Origin: an uncultured archaeon
Lineage (GTDB): Archaea > Asgardarchaeota > Lokiarchaeia > Sigyniarchaeales > SOKP01
Length of the DNA: 64,000 nt
Assembly: GCA_964583985.1 (NCBI GenBank)
Contig: CAZOYD010000010.1
Span: 16,403-80,402, forward strand
Direction of reading: 5' to 3'
Shown: one piece after another, positions 51,394 to 60,799 of the stretch
Position numbering within the stretch: the stretch's first letter is position 1
Layout of the letters: each line of letters opens with the position of its first letter
Position numbers and translations under genes: made by a program
The notes under the pieces: model-generated
The model's database searches: none
What the model saw: the letters and a program-made list of their open reading frames with translations, nothing else
What the model was told of the DNA's origin: nothing

Positions 51394-52626
51394 TTATATT
51401 ACTGGAAACGATTCTTCCATAAACTTCTTCAACTCTTCAGGTTTTTGCTGGTATATCCACTTTATGTACCTTAAAGTAATATTCCCATTATACATATAGT
51501 TTCTACCTAATTGTTGCTTATATTCAGTTTGCAAGTTTAAAGATTCTGTTAATTGAAAATACCTTTGTAAAATTTCTTTTTTATTTCGCCACATCCAATC
51601 AATCAACTTCCACAATATCCTCCCATTATAGTAGAATGTATTATTTCGTCCATATTTAGTGATATACTCCGCAAAACATGCTTTAGTTTCATTAAGAATC
51701 TGTTCGAGTGAATCTTTATCTAATATTGAATTTCCTTTTAGTATTGATGTCGTTTTGTTAACTAATTGTTCTCTTAACTTGGTTTCGAACATCTTTCCAT
51801 CAAGGATCATCGCTATGCTTTTTTTTTCTTCAGTCGTAGTTCCAAGTTTATTGATGATTACGTTTTCGATATTGTGTTTCAAGTATTTTGGTGGCATTAA
51901 AGATATTAACATGCAAAAATGAACTACTAAGCGAGTAGAAAATATTTTTGTTATTGTATAATCTTGAGTTGCTTGTTTCCTAATTTGACGAGCAGCATCT
52001 ACGACAATTTCTGCAACCTTTGGTGTGCATCCTGAGATCTGGCTTGCTATATCTATTTCTTTGTTTTTTAGGGGATAAGAAATTTCAGGAGTTATAATAA
52101 AGCGATCTTCGAATGCTTCTTGTAATTTATTGATACCAATAACTCCCATATTCATTGTTCCTATAATGATTAATTTACTTTCGGAATTTAATTCGTGTTT
52201 TTCAAAACCTTTAGAAATAAGGTTTATCTGATTTTCGGATAAAAGAGAATTTAATGAGATTTGTTCATTTTCGCGAATAGCATTAATTTCATTAATAATT
52301 ATAAAAGCCATTCCTTGATTATTTGCGTCTTTAATGGCTAAAGTAAGGGGACCATAATTAAATTTGGTTTCATTCTTTAAAATTTCCCAATTACCTTCGA
52401 TATCTCTTCTATCAAGGTCAGGTGACCCATCAATGATATAATAAGACGCATTATATGCTTTAGCAAGCGAAATTGCTAATAAGGTCTTTCCTGTGCCTGG
52501 TGGACCTTGTAGTAAGATTCCTACGCAATTTCCCTTTTCAAGTGAGTTGATTAAGCTTATTAAATAATCAAATTCGTCTTTTTGTTGGATATATTCAATC
52601 TTTTTCTTGGAAATAGTATCAGATAT
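51394..52626 (-). CDS. MoxR/CbbQ/NorQ-type AAA+ ATPase
   Basis: The frame extends 105 codons upstream of the ORF-track ATG and includes Walker A GPPGTGKT. Also Walker B IIINE, GTMN, AFEDRF and FSTR. Start placed at ATA 52626 after SD GGAGAGGT. Confidence 0.85.
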   Translation of the reverse strand: MSDTISKKKIEYIQQKDEFDYLISLINSLEKGNCVGILLQGPPGTGKTLLAISLAKAYNASYYIIDGSPDLDRRDIEGNWEILKNETKFNYGPLTLAIKDANNQGMAFIIINEINAIRENEQISLNSLLSENQINLISKGFEKHELNSESKLIIIGTMNMGVIGINKLQEAFEDRFIITPEISYPLKNKEIDIASQISGCTPKVAEIVVDAARQIRKQATQDYTITKIFSTRLVVHFCMLISLMPPKYLKHNIENVIINKLGTTTEEKKSIAMILDGKMFETKLREQLVNKTTSILKGNSILDKDSLEQILNETKACFAEYITKYGRNNTFYYNGRILWKLIDWMWRNKKEILQRYFQLTESLNLQTEYKQQLGRNYMYNGNITLRYIKWIYQQKPEELKKFMEESFPVI

Positions 52627-52900
52627 AATACATACCTCTCCCTTTTATGTTATTTTATTATCAATTATTAAATTTCTTTAGAATCATTGCAGTAATGATT
52701 AATTTCAGCGGTGAATAGCTAAAATTTACCGATTTTTCGACTTTGGTAATAAAATTATATTTTTAGTGATTATATAAATAGCATCTCTATCCAGAATTTT
52801 AATAAAAAAATTAATGAATTTTTTTTAAAAATATTGAGGATCATGTGAAAATAATTCTTTAAAAAGAAGTAAGAATTTGCAAAAACCTATTCATAACAAT

Positions 52901-53182
52901 TTACATGTTAACTAAATGATATACTTCAGGTGGTTTTAATTCCCATTCCTCAAAAGGATCATCCTTTACAGCTTCTATCATATCAGGTCTTGCAGCTAGC
53001 CAATCTTCTTTGGATTCCCATATTGCTAAACCAATAAGCTGATTTTTATCTTCGTCCTTAGTAGTATGAACCATAATTAGTCCGTTGTGCCCTTCCATGG
53101 ATTTACCAAATCTATGCATAGACTCTATTAATAAATTTTCTTTTCCTGGTTTAGGATAATGAATTGAAATATGAATATACAT
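52901..53182 (-). CDS. Antibiotic-biosynthesis-monooxygenase (ABM) domain protein
   Basis: PKPGKE...G....H...IWESKEDW dimeric alpha/beta barrel pattern. Confidence 0.75.
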   Translation of the reverse strand: MYIHISIHYPKPGKENLLIESMHRFGKSMEGHNGLIMVHTTKDEDKNQLIGLAIWESKEDWLAARPDMIEAVKDDPFEEWELKPPEVYHLVNM

Positions 53183-53204
53183 TTTATGTCAACTCTCTAT
53201 ATTT

Positions 53205-54560
53205 TTATCTAGTTTTCATGATTGGCATTAATAAACGAAATAATTTAGCATATATAATTCGAATTAATTTAAAATCAAAAATGTACCTTATTAATCTCAA
53301 TAGCAAATACTTCTTTGGTTTAAAGGTGCTTAAATCTTTGTCGTACGTAATGCTTCTTATGTAAAAGTTTTTCTTAAAGGTCGAGATTAGTAAAGAATAA
53401 GTTATGATTGCAATGACGTCCCATGCTCGTTTAATGTGGTCTTTAGGATAGTTCAGCTCTTCACCCATTGACATTCTGACAATTTCAATTATATGAAATA
53501 AATCTATTTTAGAGCCAAGCAACTCCTTAGTAGCCCACATTAAATAAAGACATCCTCCACAGTATGTAATTAGAGCTTTTGCTCCTGTCTCTTCCGCTTC
53601 TTTAAACTTTTTAACACCCTCAGAGATCATGTCAAAGGGTAAAGATATGTTCTTGACCCAAGACGCTCCAGCTCCAAAACCACAGCATAAAGAATCTTTT
53701 TTGATATGGTTCATTTCAAGAATGGTACAACCACATTTCTCCAAAATTGACCTTGGTTCTTCCCAATATCCTCCTGCAGCTTTAGAATAGCAGTTATCAT
53801 GAACTGTTACTGTTATATCAAGTTGTTTTTGTAGATTTAAATCTCCCGAGCTAATTTTATCCAATAACCACGAATTAAAATTCATAAATTTCTGATCGTG
53901 ATTTACCCCCATTTCCTTTGGATGGACCTCCTTGAATATATACTCAACAGCATCTAATGTAGCAACAATATTTTTGATGCCCCAGCTATCAAAATCCTTT
54001 TTTGTTCTTTTAGCAATCTTTTGTACAATATCTAAGTATCCTCCTTGGTACAAATAAGCACCTCCTTCCCATTGGTCAATCCGATCAATGGGTTTGAAGT
54101 GGTCAAGTAACTTACTCCCTCCAATGATGAATGGGAATAAATGTGTATAGTTACCAATTAGCAACACAGTATCTTCACTCTTAGGAACATAGTGCATCCA
54201 TTTATATATCCAAGTCTTTTCTCGTTTAGATAAAAACAGATTTAGAAGTTGCCAAATGTTACCATCTTCAGTAGGGCACACAAAATAGTAAAGGGGAGGG
54301 GCACCTCTCTCTTTATACAAATCATTCCATCTCTCAAGGATTAATTGATATGGATTAGCATTTTGAGGACAATAAAGATTACAAGAAAAACACGTGTTAC
54401 ATTTTTGGAGAACATATTTTGTTTTTCTACCTTTGATTAAATTATTAATTTCTTCTTTTGCATCATTTAAAGGTAATTGTAGAACAGGACATAGGTGAAA
54501 GCAAAGTCCACACAAATCGCATGAATCTTCTCTAAAAACGAGAGTTCGTTTAATTTCCAC
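53205..54560 (-). CDS. Fe-S oxidoreductase with 2x[4Fe-4S] and CCG domain (HdrD/GlpC-like)
   Basis: CDLCGLCFHLCP, CNTCFSCNLYCP, HDNCY, CCGFG and YCGGC motifs; the first CCG site is degenerate. Confidence 0.85.
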   Translation of the reverse strand: MEIKRTLVFREDSCDLCGLCFHLCPVLQLPLNDAKEEINNLIKGRKTKYVLQKCNTCFSCNLYCPQNANPYQLILERWNDLYKERGAPPLYYFVCPTEDGNIWQLLNLFLSKREKTWIYKWMHYVPKSEDTVLLIGNYTHLFPFIIGGSKLLDHFKPIDRIDQWEGGAYLYQGGYLDIVQKIAKRTKKDFDSWGIKNIVATLDAVEYIFKEVHPKEMGVNHDQKFMNFNSWLLDKISSGDLNLQKQLDITVTVHDNCYSKAAGGYWEEPRSILEKCGCTILEMNHIKKDSLCCGFGAGASWVKNISLPFDMISEGVKKFKEAEETGAKALITYCGGCLYLMWATKELLGSKIDLFHIIEIVRMSMGEELNYPKDHIKRAWDVIAIITYSLLISTFKKNFYIRSITYDKDLSTFKPKKYLLLRLIRYIFDFKLIRIIYAKLFRLLMPIMKTR

Positions 54561-54565
54561 TATTT

Positions 54566-55834
54566 TTAATACGCCTCGCTATATGGTGGTGGAGTTTCTG
54601 GGAGATCTGCTATTTTAAAAGTCTTTTTCGAAAGCAATTTTGGGACTTGTTTTTTCATTATACCCCAAAAGAAATGCTTAGCTCTTTTTTTTTTCTCTTT
54701 ATTGGACATTGGTTTTTCTCCCATTGCCATCTGGAGAAGTTCGATAATATGATAAACTTTAAATTTCCCGAAGTATAATTTTTTGGCAGTGGTGTAAGTG
54801 GCTAAACACCCAGCACAGTACACGCAAACAGCATCCACTTTAGCTTTTTTAAATTCTTTTATATTCCTCAGCGTAGCTGATCTTAATTTCATTGTGTGAT
54901 ATGCTGAATCCAAAGAAAATCCACCACCAATACCGCAACATCTCATGTTTTCGCGACATGCTTCAATTTCGATAACTTTTACCCCAATTGTTTCTAAGAT
55001 TTTTCGGGGTAAATCCATATAATCATCTCCAAACATTTTTGAATAACAAGAATCTTGAATCGAGACGGTCATATCTAATTTATTGGTAATTTGGATTTTC
55101 CCATTTTCAATTTCTTCCCATAAATATTGGATGTAAGATTTAATAGAATCAAATTTATAGGTTAATCCATAATGAGGTAATACATTTTTGAACACATTGG
55201 TTCCTGCAGTACATAATACTAACAATTTTTTGGGCTTTAATATATTAAACCATATATCTAATCTCTTGGTTACTTGATATAATTCATTAGTATATCCCGT
55301 CCGAAATAATGTTTCTCCACAACAATATTCAAGCCTTCCTCTAATATCCAGATCCTTAAAAAAACTTGCTTGCGTTAATTCGGCATAAGTAATTACATTA
55401 CACCCCGGATAAGTGAGTGTATCACCATTTAAAGGAGATAAATCTGCCCATGATTTAACAAGCTCTTTTGTTTTCTTTGGCATGTGATCCATAACATAAG
55501 ATCGGAAGTTAGGATAATAAGGATAAAACGTCATGTAATGCTTCCCACGGATTTTTAAGCCCTCTTTTTTGTACGCTTCATTCCATCTTTGTAGTATTAA
55601 ACTAGCTGGGTGAGCATCTTCGGGGCAATAAAAATTACAGCTAAAACAACTCTGACATTCTTTTAATACTCTTCTTGTTTTTTCTCCATTAATTAATCGC
55701 CTAATTTCCTCAACAGAATCTTCCATGGAGAGTCCCATTACAGGACATTTATTAAAACAAATTCCACATTTGGTGCACGTTTCCTGATTAAAGGAAGAAA
55801 AGAACTCTATACTTATTGGTTTGATTTTATTCAT
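54566..55834 (-). CDS. Fe-S oxidoreductase with 2x[4Fe-4S] and two CCG domains (HdrD/GlpC-like)
   Basis: CTKCGICFNKCP, CQSCFSCNFYCP, YPGC, CCGE, QDSCY, CCGIG and YCAGC motifs. Confidence 0.87.
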   Translation of the reverse strand: MNKIKPISIEFFSSFNQETCTKCGICFNKCPVMGLSMEDSVEEIRRLINGEKTRRVLKECQSCFSCNFYCPEDAHPASLILQRWNEAYKKEGLKIRGKHYMTFYPYYPNFRSYVMDHMPKKTKELVKSWADLSPLNGDTLTYPGCNVITYAELTQASFFKDLDIRGRLEYCCGETLFRTGYTNELYQVTKRLDIWFNILKPKKLLVLCTAGTNVFKNVLPHYGLTYKFDSIKSYIQYLWEEIENGKIQITNKLDMTVSIQDSCYSKMFGDDYMDLPRKILETIGVKVIEIEACRENMRCCGIGGGFSLDSAYHTMKLRSATLRNIKEFKKAKVDAVCVYCAGCLATYTTAKKLYFGKFKVYHIIELLQMAMGEKPMSNKEKKKRAKHFFWGIMKKQVPKLLSKKTFKIADLPETPPPYSEAY

Positions 55835-55861
55835 AATTAATCCCCTAAATTCGTTATTAAA

Positions 55862-56689
55862 TCATGCTATTATCAAAATGAACATGTAAACTAAAACTAA
55901 ATTTCCTAAAATTATCCCAATATCTTTTAATGTGTATCTACCTCGCAAGTCCGTTCTAGGCTTTCGAAAGATATACATAATTCCTATGGGAAAAATGATT
56001 ATTGGGAAAAACACATAAATCTGGGTGATGATTATCATAAAAATTCCTAAAATTAATGAGATACAAGAAACCCCCAAAATGACAATTTGGGACATTTTCG
56101 GGCTCAGTCGTGAAAGAGAATCTCCATCTATCAACTCATGAAGCATCTGTCCCGTATATGCCACAACAGCAATCGAAGTCAAAATTAAAATTTCAGAAAC
56201 ACTCATTTCTGGAAAAAAATCCATGAAAATGTTCCCGGCATTTATTTTAATCATAAAATAAGGTAAAATTATATGGGAAATTCCAAGAATGATATGATTG
56301 ACGATTACAAGTGATTTATAAATGCAATACAAGATAACCATTACTACAATAACAAATAAATAAATTAGCAAGATAGGATGAAGTATTATCTCATTTATGA
56401 AGCAAGCAGAACCCAAAGCAAAACTTGCTATACTCAGTACAAATATTTCTTTTCGTGAATATCCCTTGACTCTTTCCAAAGTTTCTTTTTCATCAGGATC
56501 TTTCATATCTATGAAATCATTTAACGTGTTTCCCGTTATCGCATAAAATGCAAAACCTGCTAATATCCATAAATTATCTGCAAGATTAAAATGATTTAAG
56601 TAAATCGCTAATAAACATGGAATTATAACGGAGAAAAGATACTCAATCCTTAGAAGTTTAAATCCCTTACTCATATTTAATCGTTGCAT
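55862..56689 (-). CDS. UbiA-superfamily prenyltransferase-like membrane protein
   Basis: Asp-rich NDFIDMKD in the first loop, HELIDGD later; ~8 TM. Confidence 0.7.
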   Translation of the reverse strand: MQRLNMSKGFKLLRIEYLFSVIIPCLLAIYLNHFNLADNLWILAGFAFYAITGNTLNDFIDMKDPDEKETLERVKGYSRKEIFVLSIASFALGSACFINEIILHPILLIYLFVIVVMVILYCIYKSLVIVNHIILGISHIILPYFMIKINAGNIFMDFFPEMSVSEILILTSIAVVAYTGQMLHELIDGDSLSRLSPKMSQIVILGVSCISLILGIFMIIITQIYVFFPIIIFPIGIMYIFRKPRTDLRGRYTLKDIGIILGNLVLVYMFILIIA

Positions 56690-56796
56690 TTTGATATATG
56701 ATTAAATTAATTTTAAATATCCTTTAGAACATTTAAAGGTTATTTTAGAAAATAGACAAAATGTTGGAGTTAAATGCTCCTTAAGAAAGTTTTATC

Positions 56797-57597
56797 TCAG
56801 AAAAACATGTTGATTGCTAAACCCATCAATACTATTGCTACAATAATTTGGAGATGAATTCTAGATATTTTTTTGGAAATTTTCGCTCCGAAGAGTGAAC
56901 CGGATATTGATCCAATCGCAATTAACAATCCTGTGATATAATCTATTTGACCCAAAATTATCTTTATAATCGTGTTATATATTGCTGTGAAAAATATTAT
57001 TGAAGTCGAGATTGCTGTCGAATTATGAATTGGATATTTTAAAATAAGATTTAATACGGGAGTATTTATAATACCTCCTCCAATTCCAAGTAAATATGCT
57101 ATAAATCCCGCTAGCATAAATAAAGGAATGGATTTTTTAAGATTTGGCTTGTAATCATGTTCTTGTAGGATAAAATACGATTCGCGTAAATCAGTTTCTT
57201 TCGAAGTTTTACGTGCATTTAAAGTTTTATAGAACATATTCAATCCAGCTAATAATAATGTACAAGCGAATAAAATTTTTAATAAGGTAGCTTCGATATG
57301 GATAAAGGAAAAAAGAATACTAGCTATTATACTTCCTAGAATAGAAAATGTAGCAAACATTATTGAAAATTTAAAATTAGTTCTTTTTTGCTTTAAATAT
57401 GAGATGAATCCAGCTAATGAGGAAAATAAGATAATGAATGTAGAGGTGCTAACTGCAGTATCAATAGGTATCAAAAATAGTAATGTCATAAATGATACAA
57501 AAAATACTCCTCCACCCACTCCAGCCATGACTGAAACAGCTCCAGAAAGAAAACCAAGAAAAATTAACAAAAAAATAATGATTAAGGTATAATCCAT
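56797..57597 (-). CDS. Sulfite exporter TauE/SafE family protein
   Basis: Duplicated GVGGG / GIGGG motifs; ~8 TM. Confidence 0.85.
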   Translation of the reverse strand: MDYTLIIIFLLIFLGFLSGAVSVMAGVGGGVFFVSFMTLLFLIPIDTAVSTSTFIILFSSLAGFISYLKQKRTNFKFSIMFATFSILGSIIASILFSFIHIEATLLKILFACTLLLAGLNMFYKTLNARKTSKETDLRESYFILQEHDYKPNLKKSIPLFMLAGFIAYLLGIGGGIINTPVLNLILKYPIHNSTAISTSIIFFTAIYNTIIKIILGQIDYITGLLIAIGSISGSLFGAKISKKISRIHLQIIVAIVLMGLAINMFF

Positions 57598-57709
57598 ATT
57601 CGGTAAAATTAATTCAAAGTGTTAAATATTCTCAAAAAATCAAAAATTAAATTACTAAATTAATATTAAAATAGTAAGTATATGATTATGAATTAGTGCT
57701 ATTTAAACC

Positions 57710-58093
57710 ATGCCCGATTCTAATGAAAAGAAATTCATCGTAAAACTCGTATCCTGTTCTCGTTGCGGAAATGCTTTTATGATTAATGACGCAAAAAAAG
57801 AATTAAAGAATCTGGTATGTGATAATTGCATTAAATTGGAACAACGTAAGAAAATCTTATCGGAATCGGTTTTAGAATCACAAAAAGAGACTGAATCCAA
57901 TATAAAAGAATTTAAAGACCATCTGAGAACCGCAAAATCGCAACAAATTAAGCAATTATATTTTGAGAAGATAAAAGAACAATCTGATTATTTATCAAAA
58001 TCCATTGAGCTTCTTAAAAAGATAGAAGAAACCAATGATGAGAAATATATCGAGGAATACAAGAAATTGTTCGAGAAAATGAAAAACCAGTAA
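57710..58093 (+). CDS. Hypothetical Zn-ribbon plus coiled-coil protein
   Basis: CSRC...CDNC followed by a charged heptad region. Confidence 0.65.
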   Translation: MPDSNEKKFIVKLVSCSRCGNAFMINDAKKELKNLVCDNCIKLEQRKKILSESVLESQKETESNIKEFKDHLRTAKSQQIKQLYFEKIKEQSDYLSKSIELLKKIEETNDEKYIEEYKKLFEKMKNQ

Positions 58094-58094
58094 T

Positions 58095-58859
58095 TCAAGA
58101 ACCATTTTTAATAAATACAAATGCAATATTCAATATTTTACTTTTAGGTTGGAATTTCGCATCTAATTTCATTAACCATGAAAAAATCTTAACAAAACGA
58201 TACCATAAATTGTGGAATATTATATCGGTTTCGTATTTCTTCCTCAAAACTAGAAGATTTTGTTCCGTTTTTTCGGGAATTTTAGACTGAATAAATGAGA
58301 TCTTCATTATTTGACCGTATACACCAAAATACTTTATTAGTTTAAAATCAAAATCATGAAATAAGTTAATAACATCTTTAATTTCATATCTCCTATAATG
58401 ACCGATTATTTTATCCTGATGAGTATAGTATTTTTTCTTGTGAGGAACTGTAATAATGACAAAACCTCCTTTTTTTATTATTCGATTAATTTCATTTATT
58501 GCCTTACTATCATTTTTAACATGCTCCAATATATCAAGTGCACTAATAAAATCAAATGAATCATCCTTATAAGGCAAGTGGGTTATATCCGCACATAAAG
58601 GATGTGAATTTTTATTTCGTATGTAACGCTTTAGTGGCAAGGAGGCTATATCTAAGTAAGACTTATGGAAATTAACATGAAAATGATCTAAAAAAGAATT
58701 TCCTGAACATCCAAGATCTATAGCGTTTAGTGCTTGTAGATTTTTTAAATTCTCATTTATCAGATCAAATTTGCATCGTATTCCCGGAGATAAATAGTAA
58801 TCTGAAGCATTTCTAAATGAAAAATTCCGGTGATGGTCGTAAAATTCCTTCAATGTCAT
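58095..58859 (-). CDS. Class I SAM-dependent methyltransferase
   Basis: IDLGCSG, ADITHLPY.DDSFD, DILEHV, IKKGG.VIITVP and HYRRY motifs. Confidence 0.85.
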   Translation of the reverse strand: MTLKEFYDHHRNFSFRNASDYYLSPGIRCKFDLINENLKNLQALNAIDLGCSGNSFLDHFHVNFHKSYLDIASLPLKRYIRNKNSHPLCADITHLPYKDDSFDFISALDILEHVKNDSKAINEINRIIKKGGFVIITVPHKKKYYTHQDKIIGHYRRYEIKDVINLFHDFDFKLIKYFGVYGQIMKISFIQSKIPEKTEQNLLVLRKKYETDIIFHNLWYRFVKIFSWLMKLDAKFQPKSKILNIAFVFIKNGS

Positions 58860-59012
58860 TTTTCTTTTGTGATACAATAATAATCATTACTGTTTAAAAG
58901 GTTTTTAATTAATTTTAGCATGATTTTTATAGAATCTAATGTTCTAAATTAATTAATAAAAAAATCATTTCAGAAAAATCATTTCCAAGATGAAATTAGG
59001 AGTTGGATTAAA

Positions 59013-59420
59013 ATAACTTTAAAGCAATTATCAGTTTTTATTCCCAATATACCTGGACAACTTGCAAGCTTTTTTGAGCTTTTAATGGAAAAGAAAATAT
59101 ATATTCGATCGATGACAGTTGCAGAGACCGAGGATTATGGACTGCTTCTTTTATTAGTCGATCAAACTGAGAAGTGTATAAATATTTTAGAAGAAAATGA
59201 AATATTATATTCACTCACTAACGTAATAGCTATAGAGCTCCTAAATAATTTTGCAGATTTGTATAAAATCTCAAAAATTTTGGGCGCCAATAATGTCAAT
59301 ATTGAATATTTATATTTCTTAGTATTAGACGATCATCGAAAGGGAGTGGTTTTAAGATTGGATGACAACGAAAAAGGATTAGACATTCTGAAGAAAAATA
59401 ATTATCAAATGATAGATTAA
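59013..59420 (+). CDS. Tandem ACT-domain protein
   Basis: The ACT start (TLKQLSVFIPNIPGQLA) is in frame upstream of ATG 59085, so the start is placed at ATA 59013. Also AETEDYG and NVNIEYLY. Confidence 0.8.
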   Translation: MTLKQLSVFIPNIPGQLASFFELLMEKKIYIRSMTVAETEDYGLLLLLVDQTEKCINILEENEILYSLTNVIAIELLNNFADLYKISKILGANNVNIEYLYFLVLDDHRKGVVLRLDDNEKGLDILKKNNYQMID

Positions 59421-60793
59421 AGTTTTTTATTTATAATTCTATGCCTTTCAACTAATATTTTTACTGCAAATGCTGCTTCTTGAGGAGTATAAAATAGTGG
59501 GGAATTTTCTTTCTTTGCAAAATTTATTAGTTCTTTAAAGCTTTCGCCAAAAAAGATAAGAGGTATTATTGGTTTCTTTCTATTTGTATCATTCCATGCG
59601 CGAATCATGCCTCGATAATGCTCATCTGAGCTCATTTCAAGAAATGGAGGGATCACTAAACACGGAACGACAATATCTATGCCAGGATCCTCTAACATCG
59701 CTTTGGTAACTTGATAATATTGCGCTTCACCAGCAACTCCAATCATGTCAAGGGGATTAACTAATTTTACAAGAGGAATTAATTGGGTTTTGATTTTTTC
59801 CTTTAAACTAGTTGAAAATTCAACAAGACTAAGCCCGAAATCTTCAGCTTTATCACTAAAAAGAACAGAACTGCCACCACTATTTGTTAATACTCCAATT
59901 TTATCTCCTTGAGGAATTGGTAAAAATGAAAAAGTTTTTAATGCTACCATGAAATCAGAAGCAGACTCGCATAAAGTTGCACCCCCTTGTTTCACCACTG
60001 CCTTCAACATTTTATAATTGGTTGCGATTGATCCCGTATGTGAACTTGCTGCTTTCATTCCAGAAGCAGAACGACCGCCTTTAAAAACTACTATTGGCTT
60101 TTTAGGTATTATTTTTTTTAATAATTCTAAAAACTTTGCTCCTTGAGTAATGGTTTCCATGTATAAGCCGATTATTTTAGTATTTGAATCGGTATTGAAA
60201 TAATCTAAAATATCTACGAATGAAATATCCACATTATTACCAATATTTGCAAACTTTGAACATCCAATATTTTCCCGATCCATTGCATAAAAACTGGCAC
60301 ATCCAAAAGAGCCAGATTGACTAATCAAGCTAATATCTCCTGGAGGTGCTGCTTGGATAAACGATGCATTGAGACCAATGTCATTATTTTGAATTCCCAC
60401 GCAATTTGGACCCATTATTCTGATATTATTTTGTTTACATTTTTCGGCAATTTTTTTTTCCGCTTGCTTACCTTCTTCACTAATTTCTCCAAATCCCGCT
60501 GTGACAATAATGATGCGCTTCACTCTTTTAATAATACATTCATCGATTACAACATCCACGGCGCTTGCCGGAACTAAAATAATTGCAAGCTCTATCTCTT
60601 CAGGAATATCAAGAATAGATTGAAAGCAAGGAATTCCCATTATTTCTTTACTATTTTGAGTCACAAGAAAAAGTTTACTTTTAAGATTCTTGTTCTTAAG
60701 TATATTAATGGTAACTGCATTACCAAACTTTTTTGGATTAGCTGTAGCTCCAATCACAGCAATAGTTTTTGGCGTGAAAAATACGTGGGGCAT
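59417..60793 (-). CDS. acdA: Acyl-CoA synthetase (NDP-forming) alpha subunit
   Basis: IGAT, MGPNCVG, SQSG, KGGRS..G..AASSHTG, TNSGG and NPLD motifs. Confidence 0.9.
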   Translation of the reverse strand: MPHVFFTPKTIAVIGATANPKKFGNAVTINILKNKNLKSKLFLVTQNSKEIMGIPCFQSILDIPEEIELAIILVPASAVDVVIDECIIKRVKRIIIVTAGFGEISEEGKQAEKKIAEKCKQNNIRIMGPNCVGIQNNDIGLNASFIQAAPPGDISLISQSGSFGCASFYAMDRENIGCSKFANIGNNVDISFVDILDYFNTDSNTKIIGLYMETITQGAKFLELLKKIIPKKPIVVFKGGRSASGMKAASSHTGSIATNYKMLKAVVKQGGATLCESASDFMVALKTFSFLPIPQGDKIGVLTNSGGSSVLFSDKAEDFGLSLVEFSTSLKEKIKTQLIPLVKLVNPLDMIGVAGEAQYYQVTKAMLEDPGIDIVVPCLVIPPFLEMSSDEHYRGMIRAWNDTNRKKPIIPLIFFGESFKELINFAKKENSPLFYTPQEAAFAVKILVERHRIINKKL

Positions 60794-60799
60794 AATTTA

